This document shows positions 18,615 through 26,529 of a stretch of 60,404 nucleotides of DNA, piece after piece. Both the position numbers and the translations under genes were made by a program. Below the pieces are notes generated by a model. The model had not been told where the DNA came from. It made no database searches and saw only the letters and a list, made by a program, of their open reading frames with translations. Within the stretch, counting starts at the first letter, position 1, and each line of letters starts with the position of its first letter. The DNA comes from a virus (lineage: Duplodnaviria; Caudoviricetes), in the IMG/VR virus record IMGVR_UViG_3300030620_000112, positions 1-60,404 of that record. One strand, given 5' to 3'.

Positions 18615-20870
18615 GTGCCCGACGTCGCCTCACAGGCCACCATCGCCGATGCGCGACAGAACCGGTCGCTGATCGGACGTCAGCAGCGGGCGTGGCGTTA
18701 CTACGGGCTTCCCAAGGAGAACACGCACAGCAGCGGTGACGTCGACGGCATGTCAGCTGCGATCGGCGAGGTCCGATACGTCGTCGGTTGGATGGCCGAG
18801 CAGATGTCGCGGCTGCGTTGGCTGGTCACCATCAACGGCGAAGACTCTTGGTCGGTGGTCACGCCCGACGGGGAGGAGATCTCGACCGCCGACGTAGACG
18901 ACGACGGTGAGGCATTCGAGGATCAGGCTGCAGCGTCGCAACAGCTGCTGCGGATCGTGGGATGGGACGACGAGACTGTCCGGCAGATCACCACCAACCT
19001 GTTCGTGGCCGGAGCACTCGACTACGTCGCCGATCCCGGGCCCGGAGGATCGGACCAGCCCGACCCGGACATGTGGCAGGTCGTGTCGACCATCCGCCCT
19101 GACCGGGAGAAGATCCTCAAACGGGCCCTGTTCTCGGTGAAGGGCCTGTGGCCGCACGCCGCGGACCCGAACGAACCCGACGCCCCACTGTTCGGGGTGC
19201 TGGACGTGTGTGCCACAATCGAGTGGCTGTCGAAGCTGTCGTGGTCCCAGTCGGCCAACCGTGTTGCGATGAACGGCTGGCTGGCGGTGGCGGACGGGCT
19301 CGAGTTCGGCGACGGCGGCGACTTCTACGTGCGGATGAACCAGATCACACGGGCGATCATGCGTGACCCGATGATGGGTGCGTCGCCTGCGGTCCTGCGG
19401 GGCGCCAAGGAACTGACCGAGCCGGGCGCCGGCGGCGGCCCGAAGGGGATGTCCTACCTGATCCCCAACCGGCCGTACGACGCGACGATCGACCGTCGCC
19501 TCCAGCACGCCATCCAGCGGCTCGCCTACGGACTGCCGATCCCGCCCGAGATCCTGCTCGGAATGACCGCCACCAACCGGGCCGTGGCGTATCAGGTCGA
19601 GGAGAGTTCGTACCGTGCCCACGTCGAACCTCCGGCGCAGCTGGTGTCTCGCGTGGCCGAAGGGGCGCTGGCGAAGGTCTTGCCGAGTGTCGGCGAGATC
19701 CTCGTCGAACCGGACCCGACGCTGCTGCTGGCGCGTCGACATTCGGTCGCCGACGTCAAGGACGGCTGGCAGATGGGGCTGATCGGGGCGCGGTTCGCCC
19801 GCGAAGTGCTCGGGGTCCCGGAGGATGCGGCCCCGACGCAGGAGGATCTGGTCCTGCTGGCGTTCATCCGGTCGCTGACCGGGCAGGTCCCGCGCGAACA
19901 GGACCCCGCCTCCCGGGCGGGCAACGAGGCGGTGCAGGCATCCGTGTTCCTGCACCCCCTCGTGGGCCGGTCGGGCGCGCCCAACGGCGACGGTGCGGGC
20001 CGACCTGAGGCGGTGTCTGCCGCATCGGCGGTGGAGGGCGATCTGGATGATCTGGGCAGGACGCTCGCGGAGGTCGACTTTCAGGTCCGCTCCGAGTTGA
20101 ACGGTGCGGCGGCGATGGCGGTCGAGCGTGCCCGCGACCGGATCGGGGCGGCTGCGCGGAGCCGACGTGACCTGCGGGACGAGATCCCGTCGGACGTCCC
20201 GAACGGCGAGGTTGCAGCGACCGTCGGGATGCAGCTGCTCCGCGACGTGGGGGTGGATGTCGATCAGGTGGTTGCCGACGCTATGGAGCCTCTGGCGGAC
20301 TGGTGGACTGGCCGGCTCGGGACGGCTCAGGAGTCGTTGACGGCCCTGTTCGGTCAAGGGGCGGACGCCCCGGTCGTGGAGCCCGACTGGGATGAGACGG
20401 ACCTGACTGCGTCACGGGACATGCTCGTGTCCGGGCTGATCGCGCAGACGATCGGACAGGCTGAACAGAAGCATCCGCCCGGCCCTGACCCGGACCTGCT
20501 GCGGTCGGTGATGGCGGTCGCCGGCGGTGAGCATGACGGCGCCATCGTCGCGGCGCTCACTCCCGCAGGCTGGACGCCGACCCCGGCGGCACCCGGCGGA
20601 CTTGGCGTCGGGGTCAAGACGATGCAGGCGTTGAAGGACAACGGCATCGTCCACACCGGCTGGCGGTGGCTGTGGAGACCGGGCGTGTTGGGGGGAGAGT
20701 TCGAACCGCACCGTTCGCTGGGTGGGACCTTCCATCCTCTCGATGGCATCCCGACCCCGACTGGATATGCGCCCGGGATGCCGAACGCGCCATGCATGTG
20801 CGACCTGCAGCCGGTGCTGCGGCGTGCCTCGGGCGTGTTCGCCCCGCAGCAGGTGGCGGCCGGTGCCTGA
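18615..20870 (+). CDS. portal protein with C-terminal MuF-like extension
   Basis: Position after TerL; AW.YY..IGEVRY...W, R.A.GL.IPPE.LLG...N motifs; C-terminal W.W..H..L.G...C.C. Confidence 0.75.
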   Translation: MPDVASQATIADARQNRSLIGRQQRAWRYYGLPKENTHSSGDVDGMSAAIGEVRYVVGWMAEQMSRLRWLVTINGEDSWSVVTPDGEEISTADVDDDGEAFEDQAAASQQLLRIVGWDDETVRQITTNLFVAGALDYVADPGPGGSDQPDPDMWQVVSTIRPDREKILKRALFSVKGLWPHAADPNEPDAPLFGVLDVCATIEWLSKLSWSQSANRVAMNGWLAVADGLEFGDGGDFYVRMNQITRAIMRDPMMGASPAVLRGAKELTEPGAGGGPKGMSYLIPNRPYDATIDRRLQHAIQRLAYGLPIPPEILLGMTATNRAVAYQVEESSYRAHVEPPAQLVSRVAEGALAKVLPSVGEILVEPDPTLLLARRHSVADVKDGWQMGLIGARFAREVLGVPEDAAPTQEDLVLLAFIRSLTGQVPREQDPASRAGNEAVQASVFLHPLVGRSGAPNGDGAGRPEAVSAASAVEGDLDDLGRTLAEVDFQVRSELNGAAAMAVERARDRIGAAARSRRDLRDEIPSDVPNGEVAATVGMQLLRDVGVDVDQVVADAMEPLADWWTGRLGTAQESLTALFGQGADAPVVEPDWDETDLTASRDMLVSGLIAQTIGQAEQKHPPGPDPDLLRSVMAVAGGEHDGAIVAALTPAGWTPTPAAPGGLGVGVKTMQALKDNGIVHTGWRWLWRPGVLGGEFEPHRSLGGTFHPLDGIPTPTGYAPGMPNAPCMCDLQPVLRRASGVFAPQQVAAGA

Positions 20871-20954
20871 ACGCCGGCGTGGCGCCGGCGTTCACAGCGT
20901 CGATCTGGTCCGGTGGATCGAGGCCAACTACCGTCCCTTCAAGGAGGATGAACA

Positions 20955-21401
20955 ATGACAGATTGGGTAGTGCTAGTGCGCGAGCGCATTCCGGACGGAT
21001 GGAGGATCGGCGACGCTGACGGGCTCGTTTACGCAACGGCCGTCGGTCACCCACAGGTTGGCGTTTCGGTTTCTCTGCATCAGCCGTATTTGCGGGTGGA
21101 TGCCGCCAAATCGTTGGCGGCATCCATGATCGAGATTTTCGCCGACGAGAACTCCAGCGATTGGTCGTCTCCGGTAGTGACAAGCCAGAATGGAGGGTGG
21201 CAATGCTTCGATGAGGATGGGCTGGTTGCGACCGCGTTCATTGCGGGGCCGGATCAGATCGCCCTCTACATCCATCAGCGGGGTCATCTGAGCGGGGACC
21301 GTGCGTGCGCCGTCGCTGAGATGCTGGCCGCCGTCTGCGCGGCCGTAATGCTCGCGTATGAGGTCAACCGTCTCTACAGAGTGCCGAAGGTCGCCGCATG
21401 A
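20955..21401 (+). CDS. hypothetical protein
   Basis: RBS aaggagg. Confidence 0.55.
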   Translation: MTDWVVLVRERIPDGWRIGDADGLVYATAVGHPQVGVSVSLHQPYLRVDAAKSLAASMIEIFADENSSDWSSPVVTSQNGGWQCFDEDGLVATAFIAGPDQIALYIHQRGHLSGDRACAVAEMLAAVCAAVMLAYEVNRLYRVPKVAA

Positions 21402-21838
21402 CGGCTACATGGGGGCAGAACAGCGAGGCGCTTGAACGCATCGAGTCGATCTTGGAGGACGTCAAAGACGCTGTCACCGGCGCGACGCCACAGGCCCTGA
21501 TGACCGGCCCACGACGGTTCGTTCTCGACCGACGGTCCGACCCGACCGGCATCTCCGGGACTGGCGTGGTCGCCGAAGGAGTCGAGTTCTCCGACGGGGT
21601 GGTGGCGCTGCGATGGCTGGTGCCTGCCGGGAACCTCGGCGCCGGCGACCCGACGTCGGTGGTGTTCCACGACAACGGCGTCGGGTCGGTCTACAAGATT
21701 CACGGGCATGGCGGGCAGACCGAGGTCGTATGGCTTGACGAGGTTGTCTTGAAGCGGTGCGAACCGGTCCCGTGCGGCGAGCCGGTTGAGGCCACGTTTG
21801 CGGGGCCCACGAACCTGACAGGGCCGCGCAATGGGTGA
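21398..21838 (+). CDS. conserved actinophage hypothetical protein
   Basis: RRF.L.R..D.TG.SGTG.VAEGV.F.DG...LRW...HGHGG.T motif. Confidence 0.7.
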   Translation: MTATWGQNSEALERIESILEDVKDAVTGATPQALMTGPRRFVLDRRSDPTGISGTGVVAEGVEFSDGVVALRWLVPAGNLGAGDPTSVVFHDNGVGSVYKIHGHGGQTEVVWLDEVVLKRCEPVPCGEPVEATFAGPTNLTGPRNG

Positions 21839-21853
21839 CTGCTGTGACCTGCC

Positions 21854-23857
21854 GTGACGTCTGTGACGGTTTCGATGCCGTGCCACGGGGGCACGCTTGA
21901 CACGCTGGCGGAGGCGGCCGGTTCGGTGCTGGCACAGACCCACGAGGAGATTGAACTCGTGGTCACCAACGACGGCGGCGATCCGGCCGCGGTTCGGACG
22001 GCGCTTGGGGCGGCCCTTGACGACGGGCGTGTCGTGGTCGTCGATGTGCCGGTCTCAGCCGGCCGCTATGCCGCCGACGCCGCGGTGCTGGCCGACTGCG
22101 ACACCGACTGGTTCTGTGTCCACGACGCCGATGACCGGTCCGACCCGGGCCGGATCGAGCGGATGCTTGCGGCAGCGACCGACGGGGTCGAGGCGCTGAT
22201 CGGCGGGTACACGTCCCATCGGATCAACGGGTCCACGAACCTGCGCAGACCCCAGCCGAGTCAGGTGACCGACCAGCGGCTGGGGCATGTCACCCAGCAG
22301 TGCTGCATCATCTGGCGCACCGAAGCGCTCCGTCGCATCGGTGGGCCGCATCCGGGCTGGCGGTTCGCATGGGACACGATGCTGATCGGCCTCACGATCC
22401 GGCATCTGCGATGGGCGGCTGTCGATGACTACGGCTACCACCACATGCAGCGGCGTGGGAGCCTGTCGGTGGCGTCACCGTCTGGGATGCAGTCCCAACC
22501 GCGCAGGCAGGCGATCAACGTCCGGTCGCGGCTGTGGCGGGCAACCGCAGGGATGCAGGCCGAGGAAACGGGCGTGTGGCTGCTGGCTCAGCCGCCGCCG
22601 CAGACGGCCGGGGTCGCCCCAAGCCGTGGGGAAGCGGTCAAGGCGGCCCCGGCCCTCGGACCGCGCCGGCTCGTGGTGGTGACGAGGGTCGGCTGCCGGT
22701 TCGGGACCGGACAGGTCCCCAGCGAAGAACGGGTCCGCTGGTGGGCGCGCCTCGCCTCGGAGGTTGCTGCCGGCGGCATCCCGGAGCAGGCCCGGTGGGT
22801 GTGGACCACCGCACCGGAACATCTCGAACTCGTCCGGACGCTGGCTCCCGAGACGGCGACGGTCATGCCGCAGGACACCCGCGAGATCCCCAATGTCGCC
22901 GGTGGCAGGTTCACGGTGGTCCGCTGCGACGCGGATGACCGCTGGTTTCCGGGGGCGCTCGACGTCGAGATGCTCACGTCGCTTCTGCCCCGCACCGCGG
23001 TCGCCTACCCGTGTGGGCGCCAGATCGACCTCGACTCGGGGGTCGGCCGGGCGCTGGACTACCGGGGCCATCACCTGCCGCCGTTCCTTGCGGTCACGCA
23101 GGATCAGAGGGCGATGATGCTCGACGTCGGCGGCCAGCACACCGAAGTTGGCAGGGGACGCAACGTCCGGCAGATCCTCGAGCCGTCTTGGCTGCAGCTG
23201 GTCGGCGGATGGAACACGGCGAACCGGCCCAACAAGTTCGGCCGAGACGACCGCTGGCCCGTCAACCAGATCATGAAAGAAGCGTCGATGACCAACGACA
23301 TGCTGGCGTTCGAGGGCGAACTGGACCGGCTCGCCGCCAGACACGGCACCGACAAGGGCTCGGCCCCCGGCAGGGGCCTGTTCCCGAAGCGGTACACGCG
23401 GATCTACGAGGCCCTGCTTGCCCCGAGACGTGACGAGCCGTTGCGGCTGCTCGAGTTGGGGGTGCAGGCGGGGTCGTCGATCCGCATGTGGCTGGACTAC
23501 CTGCCGGACGCGAAGGTTGCCGGTGTTGACATCAAGCCGGTTCCGAACCAGTTGAAGCAGGCGCCGGGTCGGTTGCGGTACCGGCACTTTCAGGGCGAGC
23601 AGGCTGACCCGAAGGTGCTCGGTGCTGCGCTGGACTGGCTGGGCGGCGAGGCCGACGTGGTTGTCGACGACTGTTCCCACAGGCACGCCGATCATGTCGC
23701 CTCCCACGGAATCCTTTGGCCGAGGCTCGCCGCCGGAGGCTTCTACGCCTGCGAGGATCTACACGCAGCCCCAGCCAGCGTGGATTGGCTGAAAGACTTG
23801 GGCGCCGAGTTCCACGCGGAGGACCGGCTCGCGATCCTGCACAAGCCTTCCGGCTAG
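21854..23857 (+). CDS. multidomain protein: GT2 glycosyltransferase + second GT-like domain + SAM O-methyltransferase
   Basis: VTVSMP..SVLAQT..VTNDG..HDADD (GT-A); middle RCDADD; C-terminal HGTDK, LLELGV..G.S...W...GVDI, VVDDCSH, GGFY..ED. Confidence 0.8.
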   Translation: MTSVTVSMPCHGGTLDTLAEAAGSVLAQTHEEIELVVTNDGGDPAAVRTALGAALDDGRVVVVDVPVSAGRYAADAAVLADCDTDWFCVHDADDRSDPGRIERMLAAATDGVEALIGGYTSHRINGSTNLRRPQPSQVTDQRLGHVTQQCCIIWRTEALRRIGGPHPGWRFAWDTMLIGLTIRHLRWAAVDDYGYHHMQRRGSLSVASPSGMQSQPRRQAINVRSRLWRATAGMQAEETGVWLLAQPPPQTAGVAPSRGEAVKAAPALGPRRLVVVTRVGCRFGTGQVPSEERVRWWARLASEVAAGGIPEQARWVWTTAPEHLELVRTLAPETATVMPQDTREIPNVAGGRFTVVRCDADDRWFPGALDVEMLTSLLPRTAVAYPCGRQIDLDSGVGRALDYRGHHLPPFLAVTQDQRAMMLDVGGQHTEVGRGRNVRQILEPSWLQLVGGWNTANRPNKFGRDDRWPVNQIMKEASMTNDMLAFEGELDRLAARHGTDKGSAPGRGLFPKRYTRIYEALLAPRRDEPLRLLELGVQAGSSIRMWLDYLPDAKVAGVDIKPVPNQLKQAPGRLRYRHFQGEQADPKVLGAALDWLGGEADVVVDDCSHRHADHVASHGILWPRLAAGGFYACEDLHAAPASVDWLKDLGAEFHAEDRLAILHKPSG

Positions 23858-23918
23858 GATGGGTGCAGCCCGCGACGCTTGCACGTCCGGGCTGCCGACC
23901 GACTTCTGGAGAGTCGAT

Positions 23919-24515
23919 ATGCCGAAGCGTACGTGTTCCATCGACGGGTGCGGACGGATCGTGACCGCCCGCGGGTGGTGTCGCAGACACTACGAACGGT
24001 GGCGGAGCCACGGCGACCCGATCACGCTGGTCACGGCGCCCCGGGGTGCGTTGCCCGCATTCATCCGAACGGTGTTTGACGGCACTGCCCCGCACGAACC
24101 AAACGGCTGCGTGCTGTGGCCGTTCGGCATCGCAGGGTCCGGCTACCCGTTGGTCGAGTGGGAAGGCGAGAAGCGGACCGTCGGTCATCTCGTGCTGGAA
24201 CACTTCGCTGGTCCGCGCCCGTCCGACAGGCACACGATGGGCCACGCCCCACATGAGGTCTGCGGGAACCGGCACTGTGTCGCGCCCGAGCACTTGTCGT
24301 GGCAGACTTACGCGGAGAACCTGCGTCAGGCAGCCGACGTCGACAGGACGATAAGCGGGGAGCGTCATCATGCAGCGCGGATCAGCGACGATCAGGTGCG
24401 AGACGCGGTCAGGCGAGTTCAGGCCGGAGACCATCCTCGTAGTGTTGCAGAATCCCTCGGGGTCTCGATCACGTCGATCTACGATTGGTCCAGCGGCAAG
24501 CGCCGAGCCGTGTGA
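23919..24515 (+). CDS. HNH homing endonuclease
   Basis: CSIDGC..ARGWC..HY.RW..HGDP zinc finger; C.LWP, H..CGN..CV.P.HL.W.T..EN; C-terminal HTH. Confidence 0.85.
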   Translation: MPKRTCSIDGCGRIVTARGWCRRHYERWRSHGDPITLVTAPRGALPAFIRTVFDGTAPHEPNGCVLWPFGIAGSGYPLVEWEGEKRTVGHLVLEHFAGPRPSDRHTMGHAPHEVCGNRHCVAPEHLSWQTYAENLRQAADVDRTISGERHHAARISDDQVRDAVRRVQAGDHPRSVAESLGVSITSIYDWSSGKRRAV

Positions 24516-24619
24516 TCCATGCGACGCCTGCGTCGGTCGACTGGTTGAAGGGTCTTGGCGCTACGTTTGAGGCCGAGGACCGCCTCGCGATCCTGCACAA
24601 GGAGCAGCAGCATGAGTGA
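24515..24619 (+). pseudogene. orphaned duplicate 3' end of the GT/methyltransferase gene
   Basis: Reads IHATPASVDWLKGLGATFEAEDRLAILHKEQQHE* versus LHAAPASVDWLKDLGAEFHAEDRLAILHKPSG* at 23759-23857. Confidence 0.85.
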
Positions 24620-25073
24620 CGAGACCAACGGACACGAGGGCGTCGAGGATCAGGGTGTGGGTGGTACGGACGTCTACCCGGACGCCGAGTTCACGACCGG
24701 CGCAGGCCTCGGTGAGCACGACGACGACCCGTGGCTGGGAGGGCTACCCGACGACGGGGAAACCGAGGTCGAGGTGGACGTCTCGATCCCGCGCCTGACC
24801 GTGGCGGAGTTCCGGGATGCCGGGTTTCTGCAGGAGGCCAATCGGCTGTTCTTCCACCCCCGCGGTCTTGCGCTGGAGGTTTCGGAGCAGACCGACGAGG
24901 ACGTCGTGTTCTTCACCGGGGCGGTGTGGGACTACCGCGACGACCCGGAAGGCGTGGTCTACGGGCCGGGGATCATCGACCCGGACAAGATCGCACGGGT
25001 CGCCGACGAGCGTCGCCGGCATGTCGACGCACGCAAGGAACTGTTCGGGTCCGAGGTCCAACCGCCCGAGTGA
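24612..25073 (+). CDS. hypothetical phage protein
   Basis: EFR..G.LQE.NR.FFHP.GLAL, WDYRDDPEG. Confidence 0.7.
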   Translation: MSDETNGHEGVEDQGVGGTDVYPDAEFTTGAGLGEHDDDPWLGGLPDDGETEVEVDVSIPRLTVAEFRDAGFLQEANRLFFHPRGLALEVSEQTDEDVVFFTGAVWDYRDDPEGVVYGPGIIDPDKIARVADERRRHVDARKELFGSEVQPPE

Positions 25074-25080
25074 TCTCCAC

Positions 25081-25168
25081 CAGATCGCCTGAGAGCGGCG
25101 CAGGCTGGCGCCCATATGCCGGCCCCCGGACCTCCCGCATGTCCCGGCAGGCGAGGTCTGGTCGCGAT
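25081..25168 (+). repeat. dispersed ~85-bp element, copy B
   Basis: ATCGCCT(25084)..CCCATATGCCGGCC..GGTCTGGTCGCGA(25155). Confidence 0.7.
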
Positions 25169-25759
25169 CCTGCGGGTTCTGAGGCGGGCAGGCTGCTGGT
25201 GACGGGGACCGGTCGGTGTGGAACCCACACGGTCGCCAAGGCCCTCACCGACGCCGGGCTGCCGTGTGGCCATGAGACGGCCGTGACCCAACATGGTGTC
25301 AAGGCCAATGGATGGCGAGCCGAATCCTCATGGGTCGCGACCCTGCACCTGCCCGTCCCCGACTGCTGGACGGTGCTGCTGGTGCGGCATCCGGCGAGGG
25401 TTGTCGCCTCACTGGCACAACTGCGACGGCAGGTCAACCGCAATGAGGGGTTCGATGACAGAGACCCCGGCGGGCTGCGTGCCCGATGGTCGCCTGCGAG
25501 TTGGTCGCTGGAGATGCGTCTGGCAGCGTTCTGGGTCGGCTGCAACCGGGAAGCGGCGGTCCATGCCGACGAGATCGCCCGGATCGAGGACCTCGACGTC
25601 GACATCCTGACGGGCTGGTCACGGAAGGTCGGCGGCCCCGACGTCACCGTCATGCCCGCCCCGCAGCACGTCCACAACCCGCCGCCGATCGACTGGGACT
25701 ATCTGTCGAAGGTCCCGGGCTTCGAGTCGGCAGCCCGACAGTTCGGCTACCAGCCATGA
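25139..25759 (+). CDS. sulfotransferase-like P-loop protein
   Basis: LLVTGTGRCGT (5'-PSB-like), CGHE, LLVRHP..VVASL (3'-PB-like), RIEDL; start uncertain. Confidence 0.65.
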   Translation: MSRQARSGRDPAGSEAGRLLVTGTGRCGTHTVAKALTDAGLPCGHETAVTQHGVKANGWRAESSWVATLHLPVPDCWTVLLVRHPARVVASLAQLRRQVNRNEGFDDRDPGGLRARWSPASWSLEMRLAAFWVGCNREAAVHADEIARIEDLDVDILTGWSRKVGGPDVTVMPAPQHVHNPPPIDWDYLSKVPGFESAARQFGYQP

Positions 25760-26457
25760 CATGCCCACGGTGCGCCGGCGATGGCCTGCATGTCGCGGTC
25801 GTGCACGATCAGCGTCGCCCTGACAGTTGGGTCGAGCAGATCGAGGAACGGCTCGGACACGTCCACGTCAACCTCGAACGAGGCAAGGGACGCTGGGACA
25901 CCCACCGCATGGCGCTCGAGGCCGGCTCCGCGTCCGGTGCACCGACGATGCTGATGCTGCAGGACGATGCCGTCGTCCCCGAACGTGGCCTGCGCGAGAC
26001 ACTGGAGGCCATCGGCGAACTGGCTGGTGCTCAACCCGTCTCGCTGTACGTGGGTGGCCTGCGACCGAGGGAACTGCTCGTCCGACGGGCAGTCGATTCG
26101 ACGCCGGACGGGACGCTGCTGCGGGGTCCGGGCCCGTGGTGGGCGGTCGGGCTGCTGCTGCCGACCGGGAACCTGCTTGACCTGCTCCCGATCGCCGACC
26201 GGGCACCGACCCCGAACGTGGACCACAAGTTGGAGCGGGCCTACCGCCGCTCGGGGCTGCACTGCCTCTACACGATCCCGTCGCTGGTCGACCACAGGCC
26301 CGAAGCCGAGAACCCGTCGATGATCCGCGGGAGGGCAGGCGACCGCAGGGCCCACCGGTTCGTCGGCCATGACGCCTCCGGGCTCGACTGGACCGTCGGC
26401 GGGTCGATCACGCGTGGTCCGACGGTGGACACGACGGCGAAGGCGCAGGTACGGTGA
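25756..26457 (+). CDS. GT-A fold glycosyltransferase
   Basis: LMLQDDA (DxD-like), SLY.G, WAVG, PSLVDH, as in actinophage glycosyltransferases. Confidence 0.7.
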   Translation: MTCPRCAGDGLHVAVVHDQRRPDSWVEQIEERLGHVHVNLERGKGRWDTHRMALEAGSASGAPTMLMLQDDAVVPERGLRETLEAIGELAGAQPVSLYVGGLRPRELLVRRAVDSTPDGTLLRGPGPWWAVGLLLPTGNLLDLLPIADRAPTPNVDHKLERAYRRSGLHCLYTIPSLVDHRPEAENPSMIRGRAGDRRAHRFVGHDASGLDWTVGGSITRGPTVDTTAKAQVR

Positions 26458-26529
26458 CGGGACGCAGCGTGTGAACCACCTGCGACGGGCGTGGATCGCC
26501 GGACAACCGCACTGTCCACGGAGGCCGCC

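Noticed and set aside
23858-24514. Group I intron containing the HNH gene
   Set aside because: Too little non-coding sequence for a ribozyme core, and the upstream gene already has a complete C-terminus
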